Of a stretch of DNA of 64,000 nt, positions 39,670-49,285 are shown piece after piece. Made by a program: the position numbers and the translations under genes. The notes below the pieces were generated by a model, which searched no databases, had not been told where the DNA came from, and saw only the letters and a list, made by a program, of their open reading frames with translations. Position 1 is the stretch's first letter; each line of letters starts with the position of its first letter. This DNA is from a virus. Location of the stretch: the IMG/VR virus record IMGVR_UViG_3300023110_000006. One strand, 5' to 3'.

Positions 39670-40100
39670 AGGATATACTTGCGGCTGTTGATATGGGCGC
39701 AAAAAACGTATGGGACGAACTATCTGACGATGAAAAGAAACAAGTTAGTTTTTGGCTGTTAAACAGATATGTATCTAGTGTAAAAGGTAATAGAGAGGAT
39801 CAAGAACTTGCAGTTTTTAAAACAAATGAATATTATAACAAAAATTATATGGTTGTTTCGAAACATCCTAAACTTCAATGGCAATTATTATGCCAATCAG
39901 GAAACACAGGAAAAATACAATTTCACCAATGGATTGGGTTCAAGAAAAAAGATGCACAAACAAATGCTCAAGGAGTAAAATTATTACAACAAATTTATCC
40001 TAACATGAAACAAAGAGAAGTTGAAATTTTAGCATCAATGCATACTAAAAAAGAATTAAAAGAGATAGCCAAAGAATATAATATTGAGGTTAAGCTGTGA
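39645..40100 (+). CDS. Probable clamp-loader small subunit (gp62-like)
   Basis: Size and pattern (W.LNRYVS...N...Q..LL...W..K...Y) resemble gp62; weak recognition. Confidence 0.45.
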   Translation: MAQQKLPIKDILAAVDMGAKNVWDELSDDEKKQVSFWLLNRYVSSVKGNREDQELAVFKTNEYYNKNYMVVSKHPKLQWQLLCQSGNTGKIQFHQWIGFKKKDAQTNAQGVKLLQQIYPNMKQREVEILASMHTKKELKEIAKEYNIEVKL

Positions 40101-40810
40101 GTAAACTTTATGTAGTAGGTTGTAGTCACACTAGATACTGTTGGCCTACGTATGCAGATATACTTGCCCAAGAATTTGATGAATATGAAAATTGGGGGCA
40201 AAGTGGATTTGGCAACTATGCAATTATGCATCGTGCTATAGAGATAGCAGATAAAATGTCTGACGAAGATGAACTAATTGTACAATGGACATATCCTACA
40301 CGTTTTGATTTTCATAGAGGTAGTGCAGGTTGGTATCAAGGAGGAAACCTAGCAAATAATAATGATGCTGTACAAGATACAATAAACAAATATTGCTTTG
40401 ATGAAGATAGCTACGAATGGCATACGCAAATGTATATAAAATTAGTAATGCAATACTTAGATATGAATGTATACAGCTACAAAATGATTGCTCCAGACTT
40501 TGAAATCGAATGTGTAGATAATCAGAGCTTACCACAATTAAATACAATGAACAATTTTGATATTCCGTTTAGAAAATTTTTTAATACATTACCTAGTAAA
40601 AAATTTGTAGTACAGAAACAACAAGATTCTCATTGGACACCAAAGCATCATTTAGAATATTTAAAACAAACCAATTTTTCTGTAACAGACAGAATGATCG
40701 AATATGTAGATAAAGTAGAAAAGATTTTAGATGAAACAGACGACTGGAAACTTATCCATCACAAAATGGCACAACAAAATTACATTGAGACCAACGACTA
40801 TGGCAGATAA
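40097..40810 (+). CDS. SGNH-like hypothetical protein
   Basis: VVGCSHT, NWGQSG.GN, VQWT, DSHW. Confidence 0.5.
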   Translation: MSKLYVVGCSHTRYCWPTYADILAQEFDEYENWGQSGFGNYAIMHRAIEIADKMSDEDELIVQWTYPTRFDFHRGSAGWYQGGNLANNNDAVQDTINKYCFDEDSYEWHTQMYIKLVMQYLDMNVYSYKMIAPDFEIECVDNQSLPQLNTMNNFDIPFRKFFNTLPSKKFVVQKQQDSHWTPKHHLEYLKQTNFSVTDRMIEYVDKVEKILDETDDWKLIHHKMAQQNYIETNDYGR

Positions 40811-41486
40811 ACCTTTTAAATGTAATTACTGTGGTAGTGCTTATATGAAGGAAAAGACTTTACTTGCTCATATGTGTGAGCAAAAACGTAGAGCATTGCA
40901 AGAAAAAGAAAAGCATGTACAGCTAGGCTTTTATGCATTTAATCAATTTTATAGATTAAGTGCAGGTGCAAAGCAGGATAAAACTTATACTGATTTTAGA
41001 AAAAGTAGTTTTTATAATGCATTTGTAAAGTTTGGCAGTTTTATTAGCAATGTAAGGCCTTTGTATCCTGAAAAATATATTGATTATGTTGTTACAAGTA
41101 ATGTTAAATTAGATCATTGGTGCAGAGAAGAAATGTATCAAAAATATGCAGTTGAACTTATTAGAAAAGAAGATGTAACAACTGCACTAGAAAGAAGTGT
41201 TAAAACAATGATGGAATGGGCAAGTGAAAATGAACCTGCTCCGTGGAATCATTACTTTCAACACATTAGTCTTAATAGAGCCGTTTGGAATATTAAAGAT
41301 GGCAAAATAAGTCCTTGGCTAGTTTTAAATTGCACTAGCGGAAAAGAGATGTTAAATAAATTGAATACAGAACAATTAAGTTTGATCTATGATGTAATGG
41401 ATCCTGAACATTGGGCGATGCGTTTTAAAAGGCAACCCGATGATGTACAACTTGTAAAAGATGTTGCAAAGGAAAGTAAATTATGA
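40800..41486 (+). CDS. Hypothetical protein with N-terminal Zn finger
   Basis: MADKPFKCNYC...HMC; start placed at ATG 40800. Confidence 0.55.
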   Translation: MADKPFKCNYCGSAYMKEKTLLAHMCEQKRRALQEKEKHVQLGFYAFNQFYRLSAGAKQDKTYTDFRKSSFYNAFVKFGSFISNVRPLYPEKYIDYVVTSNVKLDHWCREEMYQKYAVELIRKEDVTTALERSVKTMMEWASENEPAPWNHYFQHISLNRAVWNIKDGKISPWLVLNCTSGKEMLNKLNTEQLSLIYDVMDPEHWAMRFKRQPDDVQLVKDVAKESKL

Positions 41487-41908
41487 AAGTATTAATTTTT
41501 GGTTTGCCAGGTAGTGGTAAAACTACACTTGCTAAACCTTTTACTAAATTAGTTGGAGGTGTGCATTTAAATGCAGACGAGATACGTAAGAAATATAACG
41601 ACTGGGATTTTACACCTGAAGGACGTATGCGACAAGCGTATCGTATGCGTCTATTAGCTGACGGTGTTGTACGTGCAGGACAGATTGCTGTTGCAGACTT
41701 TGTTGCTCCTACAGACCAAGTACGTATGGAATTCAATGCTGATTTTACTGTATGGATGGACACAATTAAAGAAAGCACATACCCTGATACAAACACTATG
41801 TTTGTGCCGCCTGCACATTGCAATTACCATGTTGCAAAATGGTTTAACGATACTCATGCACAACTTATGGAAGTTGTTTCAACTTGGATGGAAAGAAACA
41901 ATGTTTGA
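41483..41908 (+). CDS. P-loop kinase, adenylylsulfate-kinase-like
   Basis: GLPGSGKTT, NADEIR, DWDF..EGR.RQ, DFVAP. Confidence 0.75.
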   Translation: MKVLIFGLPGSGKTTLAKPFTKLVGGVHLNADEIRKKYNDWDFTPEGRMRQAYRMRLLADGVVRAGQIAVADFVAPTDQVRMEFNADFTVWMDTIKESTYPDTNTMFVPPAHCNYHVAKWFNDTHAQLMEVVSTWMERNNV

Positions 41909-42257
41909 TTGGAAAAAACCTACAGCACAAATGCTAGGACGTTGGCAACCATGGCATGATGGACATACTGCTCTGTTTAAAAAAGCACTTGCTGAAATTG
42001 GTCAAGTATGTATAATGGTACGTGACATGCCACAAGATAAAGATAATCCATTTAATCTGCGTATAGTGCGTGGCAATATTGACAGAGCATTAGAAGCAGA
42101 AGATTACCAAAACGGTATAGAGTATATTGTAATGAAGGCGCCTAACATTGTTGATATTAGCTACGGACGAGATGTAGGGTATACATTTACACAGCATGAC
42201 TTAGGCAAAGAAATACATAACATAAGTGCAACCAAAATAAGACAAGGACAAATATGA
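41901..42257 (+). CDS. Cytidyltransferase-like (HIGH) nucleotidyltransferase
   Basis: GRWQPWHDGH, NPF, YGRDVGY, ISATKIR; start at ATG 41901. Confidence 0.75.
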   Translation: MFDWKKPTAQMLGRWQPWHDGHTALFKKALAEIGQVCIMVRDMPQDKDNPFNLRIVRGNIDRALEAEDYQNGIEYIVMKAPNIVDISYGRDVGYTFTQHDLGKEIHNISATKIRQGQI

Positions 42258-42754
42258 ACTTAATATATTACCCAAATGATTTTTTAAATAAAAAAGTAAA
42301 AGATTTTAATTTAGAAAATCCTGAAGTAGACCCCAAAGAATTAAAAGATAATATGGTGCAAATTATGCTAGACAATAACGGCATCGGACTTGCGGCTAAT
42401 CAAGTAGAGTTTGATGGACAAGTTTTTGTTATGGGTGACACGGCAGAAAATGCTACTATACATATTAATCCTGTAGTCCTGCAACATACAAAAGATACTG
42501 TAACTGATGTTGAAGGGTGTTTAAGTTTTCCTAATATATTTGTAAAGGTTACTAGGCCAAAAGAAATACTTGTACAATTTTATGATGAAAACTTAAAATT
42601 AAAACAAGCAAAGATAGGCGGCTATAGTGCAAAATGTTTTTTACATGAATATGATCATCTACAAGGTATAACGTTTAAAGACAGAGTAAGTAAACTGAAA
42701 TGGAATATGGCTGAAAAGAAAGCTAAGAAATATGAAAAAGTTCAATTGGGCTAA
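42254..42754 (+). CDS. def: Peptide deformylase
   Basis: GIGLAANQ, EGCLS, HEYDH. Confidence 0.95.
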   Translation: MNLIYYPNDFLNKKVKDFNLENPEVDPKELKDNMVQIMLDNNGIGLAANQVEFDGQVFVMGDTAENATIHINPVVLQHTKDTVTDVEGCLSFPNIFVKVTRPKEILVQFYDENLKLKQAKIGGYSAKCFLHEYDHLQGITFKDRVSKLKWNMAEKKAKKYEKVQLG

Positions 42755-42983
42755 TCCAACAGAAGTATTATTAATAGATAGTTGGGACAATAGTTGCGTA
42801 GAAAAATTTAAAAAACTGTTGACAAAAACAGAACAAGTTGCTATAATGTTAAAAACTTTAGATCGTAATAATCCGTACTACATGCAAGCAACTACGGGTA
42901 CAATAATAAGTGAGCTTGCAAAATTTGAATATGAAGAAAATAAACATTATATTATTATTGAGGTTCCAAATATAAATGCCTGA
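42732..42983 (+). CDS. Hypothetical protein, degenerate paralog of 41901..42257
   Basis: FNWANPT / QV.IM / NPY / YIII.VPNI mirror FDWKKPT / QVCIM / NPF / YIVMKAPNI, but the HxGH motif is lost. Confidence 0.5.
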   Translation: MKKFNWANPTEVLLIDSWDNSCVEKFKKLLTKTEQVAIMLKTLDRNNPYYMQATTGTIISELAKFEYEENKHYIIIEVPNINA

Positions 42984-43533
42984 TATCGATATTGACTTTG
43001 CAGATCGTAGTATTATTTTAGATAAACTAAAACATCGTGTGGCAAAACTTGACACAGGCAAAAAACATAATACAGGAATTTATGCAACTGAAATTCCACA
43101 CAATCCTGTCGATATGTTATCTACTATAGATTATGAAACAGCAGAAGAACGAGGATACTTCAAATTAGATTTTCTTAATGTGTCTATATACAAAGATGTG
43201 AAAGATGAGACACATTTGGCAAACCTAATGAAAAAGGAACCACTATGGGAACTATTGGAGCACAAAGAATTCGTAGATCAGGTATTTCATCTAAGCGGAC
43301 ACGACAGTCTCTTAAAACAATTGAAGCCTATCTCGATACCACAACTAGCCGCAACACTAGCAATCATTCGTCCGGCAAAAAGACATCTTGCGAACAAGGA
43401 TTGGCAAACGATAGAAAAAGAAGTTTGGATAAAACCAAACAACGGTGAATACTTTTTTAAGAAGGCACATGCTGTATCATATGCAATGGCTTGTGTTGTG
43501 CATATGAATTTAATTTGTGAACAAGCTATTTAG
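42976..43533 (+). CDS. Miniature family-C (DnaE-like) polymerase core, 185 aa
   Basis: MPDIDIDF, KHNTG, GYFKLDFL, LAIIRP, FKKAHAVSY in canonical order. Confidence 0.75.
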   Translation: MPDIDIDFADRSIILDKLKHRVAKLDTGKKHNTGIYATEIPHNPVDMLSTIDYETAEERGYFKLDFLNVSIYKDVKDETHLANLMKKEPLWELLEHKEFVDQVFHLSGHDSLLKQLKPISIPQLAATLAIIRPAKRHLANKDWQTIEKEVWIKPNNGEYFFKKAHAVSYAMACVVHMNLICEQAI

Positions 43534-43894
43534 GCTTTTTAACTAATTGAACATTTTTTCTTTTTATTCTTTTGACAGTCATATTCAATAAGTTTACAAT
43601 TGGTCCTATTGTTACTTTCACATCTTTGCTATTCATTGTTTGAATAGCATATTTAAATTTTTCCATATCCTTACGTAGAAATATATTAATTGGTATTAGT
43701 CTATTTGACTCCCACCACCATACTCCTCCAAGGTCTAAAAACTCTTCTCGTTCTCTGCTAGAACGTAAATCAGTGTATACATACATAGATGTTACATACT
43801 GATCTTGATTTATTATAATTCCAACATATTCGTTTCCGCCGTATTGTACGACACTAATAAATGGAAAGTTCTTTTCTATATCTTTTAATAACAT
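43526..43894 (-). CDS. Hypothetical protein
   Basis: Start at ATG 43894 (MLLKDIEKNFPF); WWWESNR.IPINIFL motif. Confidence 0.6.
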   Translation of the reverse strand: MLLKDIEKNFPFISVVQYGGNEYVGIIINQDQYVTSMYVYTDLRSSREREEFLDLGGVWWWESNRLIPINIFLRKDMEKFKYAIQTMNSKDVKVTIGPIVNLLNMTVKRIKRKNVQLVKKPK

Positions 43895-43913
43895 AATTCT
43901 CGATAAATATTGT

Positions 43914-44681
43914 ATGCAGTTAATACCTAGATATTTAGTAAATAATAGAACAACACTCGTGTTGAATGACATAGAGTTCGTAACGGAGTACAGACCAGTG
44001 TATAGTAGACAATTACAAGTTTATAGAGGAATAGATAATAATGTAGAATTTAGATTCTTAAATGCAGATCAAAAGCCTGTAGCTTTAGGCACAAAGGTAG
44101 CTAAATTTGTTGCATTTGATGAAAGTAATAATCTTATATTAGAAAAAACAGCAACAGCAGGTACAGCTACTGGTGTTGCAATAGTAAACATTTCTGAAAA
44201 TGATTTGCTAAATTTAAAAGACCAATTCTTAAAATATAATGTATATTTAGAAGAAACAGACGGACAAAAAACATTATCGTATTCACAACCTCACTTTGAA
44301 AACAACGGCACTATACATATATCTAGCGTAGCATTTCCAGGAGCACAAGCAAGTAAAAGTGTAACACAATTTACAGAAACACAACCTAATGCAAGTGTAT
44401 GGGTAAGCGAGCAAGTAGATGCACAACCAGGAATCAACGGTAATGAAGCTGTTCATACAGTAGCAATTTATTCTGATAGCTTTATAGGTGATGTAGAAGT
44501 ACAAGCAACTCTAGATAACCAACCTGATAATGATACTGCGTGGACTACTGTTGCTACAGCAACATTAAATAACGAAACTGCTCCTGTACCAGTAAATTTT
44601 GTAGGAGTGCATAGTTATATAAGGTTTAGAACTACAGCAGACCCTGCAAGCAAAATTTCAAAGATATTGGTAAGAAACTAG
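43914..44681 (+). CDS. Hypothetical late (probable virion) protein
   Basis: GATAAATA late promoter 4 nt before the ATG; beta-rich composition. Confidence 0.55.
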   Translation: MQLIPRYLVNNRTTLVLNDIEFVTEYRPVYSRQLQVYRGIDNNVEFRFLNADQKPVALGTKVAKFVAFDESNNLILEKTATAGTATGVAIVNISENDLLNLKDQFLKYNVYLEETDGQKTLSYSQPHFENNGTIHISSVAFPGAQASKSVTQFTETQPNASVWVSEQVDAQPGINGNEAVHTVAIYSDSFIGDVEVQATLDNQPDNDTAWTTVATATLNNETAPVPVNFVGVHSYIRFRTTADPASKISKILVRN

Positions 44682-44716
44682 TTGACTTCTGATTAACTTT
44701 ATACTATAATGATAGT
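44682..44716 (+). promoter_or_regulatory. Sigma70-type promoter, leaderless start of primase
   Basis: TTGACT-17 nt-TATAAT-6 nt-ATG. Confidence 0.75.
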
Positions 44717-45712
44717 ATGAGTGTAGTCGTAGAAACAGTTCTGACATTTTTACCTCCTAAGCGGAAAACAACGCCTAGCGGGTGGACTTCATTCAACGCA
44801 CCCTGTTGTCATCATAATGGTCACACACAAGACAAACGTAGTAGAGGCGGTGTTATCCAAAGCGACAATGGTATATCGTTTCATTGTTTTAATTGTGGGT
44901 TTAAGGCCAGTTGGCAACCGGGTCGACCTTTTTCTCATAAAATGAAAAAACTAATGCAATGGCTCAATGCCCCAGACGATATTATTACAAAGTTAGCACT
45001 AGAGGTTATGCGTGAGAACGAAGGAGTTGAAGCAACAGAACACAAAGTACTACTACCTACATTTACTACAGTAAACTTACCAGAAGGATCTGAAAAGTTA
45101 TCTAAACATGTATGGGCAGAAGCTGGACAACTAGACGAACGTGTTGCACGTATCTTTCAATATATGTTAGAACGGAACTTGCGTATAGACGATACAGATT
45201 ACTATTGGTCACCTCAATTAGCATACAGAGATAGATTAATTATTCCTTTCTATTATGAAGGAAGCATAGTTGGGTATACTGCTCGTTCTATAACTGAAGG
45301 TAAAAAGCCAAAGTATATGACAGAAGTACAACCTGGATTTGTATACGGCTTAGATGAACAAAGACCAAACAAAGTATTTGCTATTTTGTGTGAAGGACAA
45401 ATTGATGCTATACATGTTGATGGCTGTGCATTAGGCGGTTCTGATATTTCAGATCAACAGGTGTTACTGTTAAATAGATTACAAAAACAAATAATTGTTG
45501 TACCTGATAGAGACAAGGCAGGAAAGAAGCTAATAGAACAAGCTATTGATTTAGGTTGGAGTGTTAGTATGCCTAATTGGAGCTCAGATATAACAGACAT
45601 TGGAGAAGCTGTACTTAAATACGGTAGATTATATACATTACACAGTATTGTTAATTCAGCGGAGGAATCTCCTTTGAAAATACGACTAGGAGCAAAAAAA
45701 TGGTTTGGTTAA
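44717..45712 (+). CDS. DNA primase (gp61-like)
   Basis: Zn ribbon (CC...HCFNC), RLIIPF, GYTAR, TOPRIM EGQIDA, PDRDKAG. Confidence 0.9.
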   Translation: MSVVVETVLTFLPPKRKTTPSGWTSFNAPCCHHNGHTQDKRSRGGVIQSDNGISFHCFNCGFKASWQPGRPFSHKMKKLMQWLNAPDDIITKLALEVMRENEGVEATEHKVLLPTFTTVNLPEGSEKLSKHVWAEAGQLDERVARIFQYMLERNLRIDDTDYYWSPQLAYRDRLIIPFYYEGSIVGYTARSITEGKKPKYMTEVQPGFVYGLDEQRPNKVFAILCEGQIDAIHVDGCALGGSDISDQQVLLLNRLQKQIIVVPDRDKAGKKLIEQAIDLGWSVSMPNWSSDITDIGEAVLKYGRLYTLHSIVNSAEESPLKIRLGAKKWFG

Positions 45713-45822
45713 AAAAGATCAAAGATTTGATTCTCTATCCTTACACACGTTGGAAAGAAAATAGAGAATTCAAAAAGCGTATGGATGAACTTAAGAAAAG
45801 AGATCCATTTATTTATAAGTAG
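45700..45822 (+). CDS. 40-aa small protein (below the ORF-track cutoff)
   Basis: AGGAG RBS; MVWLKKIKDLILYPYTRWKENREFKKRMDELKKRDPFIYK fills the gap between primase and the next gene. Confidence 0.55.
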   Translation: MVWLKKIKDLILYPYTRWKENREFKKRMDELKKRDPFIYK

Positions 45823-45830
45823 GAGAATGT

Positions 45831-46079
45831 ATGATACAAAATGAGTTTACACTAGGTATCTTCGAATTACTAAAACGTATACTTGGCGGCAACAGCGTAA
45901 TGCTTGCAGTCATTTATACATTCGGACATATTATAATTGCAATGACTGTTGTAACTATCATGACTGGAGCAAGTCTATGGGAAGCAGGACTAGTTGCACT
46001 TATTGAACCTAGTATTAACGGCGTATGGTTTTATATTTTACATAGCACATGGAAAAAAATTAACAACGAGAAACGATAG
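45831..46079 (+). CDS. Small membrane protein (DUF2061-like)
   Basis: Two hydrophobic helices; IYTFGH, EP.IN.VWFY.LH..W. Confidence 0.6.
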   Translation: MIQNEFTLGIFELLKRILGGNSVMLAVIYTFGHIIIAMTVVTIMTGASLWEAGLVALIEPSINGVWFYILHSTWKKINNEKR

Positions 46080-47086
46080 TGGAAAAAAAGATAACATGGG
46101 GAATGGTTGGCAACAGTCACGATGCCAGTCTTGCGGTATTTAGGACCAAGGTACAAGGATTAACTGATCATTACAAAACAAAATTATTATGGGCTAGTAT
46201 GTCTAGAGATTTTAGTGACGTACCTAATGATCCGGATTTTAATTGGACGCAATTACAAGTTGCTATTCAAAGCTATGGATATCCTAAAAAAATAGTTTGG
46301 TATGAACGTCCTATGTTAAAAACTCTACGTCAAGCATACGCAGGACAGGGTTGGTTAAAAGAAGAAAACGATATAAAGAAATATTTAAAGCGTTGGGACA
46401 TTGATGCTCCTATTGAATATGTACAACATCATTTATCACATGCGGCCTATGCTTATTATACACAACCTCAAGATAATTGTGCAATCATTTGCTTAGATAG
46501 TATTGGTGAGTTTGAAACCCTAACAGTATGGCACGGCAAAAATAACAAGTTAAAAAAGATTTATAGTCAAGGGTATCCACACAGCCTTGGTTTATTTTAT
46601 AGTGCTATGACTCAACGTTGCGGGCTACAACCACAGCGTGACGAATATATGATTTCGAGTATGGGAGAAAAAGGTGATCCTACTAGATTATATCAAAGCA
46701 TAAAAAGAGATCTACTAGGAAATAGTCATGGGCTCTTCTACAGATACTTTAACACAAAAGAAAATTTACATAGGGGGTGCCAATGGTGGCGACCTGATTT
46801 AACTACAGAACAAGATATGAACGATATTGCCGCGGCTACCCAAGCAATTTTTGAAGATGCCCTTAGTTGTATTAGCTATTTGGCTCATCAAAAAACAGAC
46901 GCTGACCACTTAGCTCTTGCAGGGGGTGGTGCATTAAATAGACAGGGTGTTGCAAAAATTAGTAGACATTGGGAAAGTATTTGGGTACCACCGAATCCGG
47001 GAGACCCAGGGTCTAGCATAGGTGCTGTTTTAGCACAGTCACAACAAAAAATAACACTTGACAATCAGTGGTATAAGAAAGTATAA
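46079..47086 (+). CDS. Carbamoyltransferase (NodU/CmcH family), N-terminal domain only
   Basis: HDAS, HHLSHAA, DSIGE, SLGLFYS, DEY, AAATQ, AGGGALN, PGDPG. Confidence 0.8.
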   Translation: MEKKITWGMVGNSHDASLAVFRTKVQGLTDHYKTKLLWASMSRDFSDVPNDPDFNWTQLQVAIQSYGYPKKIVWYERPMLKTLRQAYAGQGWLKEENDIKKYLKRWDIDAPIEYVQHHLSHAAYAYYTQPQDNCAIICLDSIGEFETLTVWHGKNNKLKKIYSQGYPHSLGLFYSAMTQRCGLQPQRDEYMISSMGEKGDPTRLYQSIKRDLLGNSHGLFYRYFNTKENLHRGCQWWRPDLTTEQDMNDIAAATQAIFEDALSCISYLAHQKTDADHLALAGGGALNRQGVAKISRHWESIWVPPNPGDPGSSIGAVLAQSQQKITLDNQWYKKV

Positions 47087-47093
47087 TTACTAT
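47058..47093 (+). promoter_or_regulatory. Sigma70-type promoter, leaderless start of helicase
   Basis: TTGACA-18 nt-TATAAT-6 nt-ATG 47094. Confidence 0.7.
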
Positions 47094-48518
47094 ATGACAA
47101 GACAAAATACAGATTATGGTTATGATATACAAAAGGTATATCTTGAAATGATGCTTACAGATGCAGAAACATTTGTAAGATGTCAAAGTGTTTTTGACGA
47201 CAGTGTATTTGATAGAAAATTACAACCAGTTGCAAAATTTATAAACGATTATGTTGTAGAACATAATGCTATGCCAACCTTTGATATGGTGAATGCGGCA
47301 ACAGATACTAACTTGAAACATCCAGGTGACTTAGCTGAAAATCATTATGATTGGTTATTGTTAGAGTTTGAAACATTCAGTAGACACAAAGCACTTGAAG
47401 CGGCTATACTTAAAAGTGCTGACTTGCTTGAAAAAGGTGATTACGGTCCAGTTGAAGATTTGGTTAAGAAGGCTGTGCAAATTGGTTTGCAAAAAGATCT
47501 TGGTACTGACTATTGGGCAGATCCTAAAGCACGTTTGGAAGCGATCAAAGACAAAAACGGACAAGTAAGTACAGGATGGAAGAGTTTAGATAAGAAACTG
47601 TTTGGTGGGTTTAATAGAGGCGAACTGAATATTTTTGCAGGAGGTTCAGGTAGTGGTAAGAGTTTGTTCTTAGCAAACATGGGAGTGAACTGGGCACTAG
47701 CAGGCCTTAACGTATTGTATTTGACTTTTGAACTTTCAGAAAACTTAGTTAGTATGCGTATAGATAGTATGACTACTGATATTCCTAGCAGAGACATTTT
47801 CAAAAGTATTGATGATGTTGAAATGAAAGTTAAAATGATTGGCAAGAAGTCAGGAGCGTTTCAAGTTAAGTATATGCCAACTGGTAAGAACGCTAACGAT
47901 ATTAGAAGCTATCTAAAAGAATATGAAATCAAAACAGGTAAAAAAGTAGATGTGTTACTTGTAGACTATTTAGATTTAATGCATCCTATTGCCGCAAAGA
48001 TTAGTGCAGAGAATTTATTTGTTAAAGACAAATATGTAAGTGAAGAACTACGTAACTTGGCTATGGAACTAAACTGTTTGTTTGTTACAGCATCACAGTT
48101 GAACAGATCTAGTGTAGAAGAAATTGAATTCGATCACAGTCATATCAGTGGTGGTATTTCAAAGATCAATACAGCAGATAACTTAATTGGTATTTTTACA
48201 AGTAGAGCAATGCGTGAACGTGGACGCTATCAAATACAGTTGATGAAAACACGTAGTAGTTCTGGTGTAGGACAAAAAATTGATTTAGAATTTGATGTTG
48301 ATAGTTTACGTATACGTGACTTAGCGGAGGACGAAGACTATCAAGAATTTAAGAAAAGATCAAGTACAGTGTTTGATCAAATCAAACGCGGAACAAATAT
48401 GCCTTTAGAAGAAAACACAGAAGCAGATCCCAGTCAAGGAGATACTATAGGCAAAGTACGTGCAGAAGCAGACAGTACAAAATTAAAACAGTTCTTAAAT
48501 AATCTAGGGAGTGAATAG
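47094..48518 (+). CDS. Replicative DnaB-like helicase (gp41-like)
   Basis: STGW..LD, GGSGSGKS, VDYLDL, TASQLNR, MKTR. Confidence 0.93.
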   Translation: MTRQNTDYGYDIQKVYLEMMLTDAETFVRCQSVFDDSVFDRKLQPVAKFINDYVVEHNAMPTFDMVNAATDTNLKHPGDLAENHYDWLLLEFETFSRHKALEAAILKSADLLEKGDYGPVEDLVKKAVQIGLQKDLGTDYWADPKARLEAIKDKNGQVSTGWKSLDKKLFGGFNRGELNIFAGGSGSGKSLFLANMGVNWALAGLNVLYLTFELSENLVSMRIDSMTTDIPSRDIFKSIDDVEMKVKMIGKKSGAFQVKYMPTGKNANDIRSYLKEYEIKTGKKVDVLLVDYLDLMHPIAAKISAENLFVKDKYVSEELRNLAMELNCLFVTASQLNRSSVEEIEFDHSHISGGISKINTADNLIGIFTSRAMRERGRYQIQLMKTRSSSGVGQKIDLEFDVDSLRIRDLAEDEDYQEFKKRSSTVFDQIKRGTNMPLEENTEADPSQGDTIGKVRAEADSTKLKQFLNNLGSE

Positions 48519-48940
48519 TGTTAAGATCGTTAAAAGTAAATGAAAAAGATTTAATTCAACAAGATCCAGTTAGACCACATATACCATATGACAAAAGATT
48601 TGGTAATGGTAGGAATATTGTAGTATTAGAAAAAGATAACGAAATTGCCGCTATTGTTTGTACTGCATTATGTGATCAAGTGCCTACAACAGAAGATGAT
48701 ATGTTTGAATTTGCTAACCCACATGGCAGGGTATTAGTTGCATACACAGTATGGAGTTACACAAAAGGTGCAGGTAGAGAAATTATTAATGCACTAAGAG
48801 ATAGTGCTATAGATGAACATTGTGATAGACTAGTAACACTAAGTCCTCTTACAGAAATGGCTGAACGTTTTCATATTCGCAATGGTGCAAAGTTTTTAGC
48901 AAAGTACGATAAGTGTCAAAACTTTGAGTATGAGCTTTGA
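48518..48940 (+). CDS. Hypothetical protein, possible GNAT-like fold
   Basis: DPVRP, YTVWSY.KGAGR, VTLSP.T.MA.RFH.RNGA. Confidence 0.5.
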   Translation: MLRSLKVNEKDLIQQDPVRPHIPYDKRFGNGRNIVVLEKDNEIAAIVCTALCDQVPTTEDDMFEFANPHGRVLVAYTVWSYTKGAGREIINALRDSAIDEHCDRLVTLSPLTEMAERFHIRNGAKFLAKYDKCQNFEYEL

Positions 48941-49206
48941 GATATTTTATAGGTCAGACAGAATACAAATGGACACATAAAGGACAACGTGTTGAAAAAC
49001 TTTGGGTCCGTAGAGAAGTTGGTGAAGAACTATATAAGGAAGTTGAAATACGTAATTGGCATTGGGCTTTAATACATAGCCAATCACAAATAGACCATTT
49101 TTGTAGATGTGACATTTACGTAGATACAGACAATTCTAAATATGCTACACTGTTTCCAATCAAGTTCCCTCACATTAAACCAGTACCAAAGACAAGCCAG
49201 ATTTAA
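48937..49206 (+). CDS. Hypothetical protein
   Basis: 89-aa ORF overlapping the upstream stop. Confidence 0.45.
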   Translation: MRYFIGQTEYKWTHKGQRVEKLWVRREVGEELYKEVEIRNWHWALIHSQSQIDHFCRCDIYVDTDNSKYATLFPIKFPHIKPVPKTSQI

Positions 49207-49285
49207 ACCAAGTGATTGTTACACAAATAAATATCTTGCGTTGGAAACAACGACTAGGCATTTAGAAAACACAAAGAGGCTAACA

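Noticed and set aside
41664-41900. Long N-terminus of the 41664..42257 ORF
   Set aside because: It overlaps the kinase gene out of frame; the recognisable domain begins at ATG 41901.
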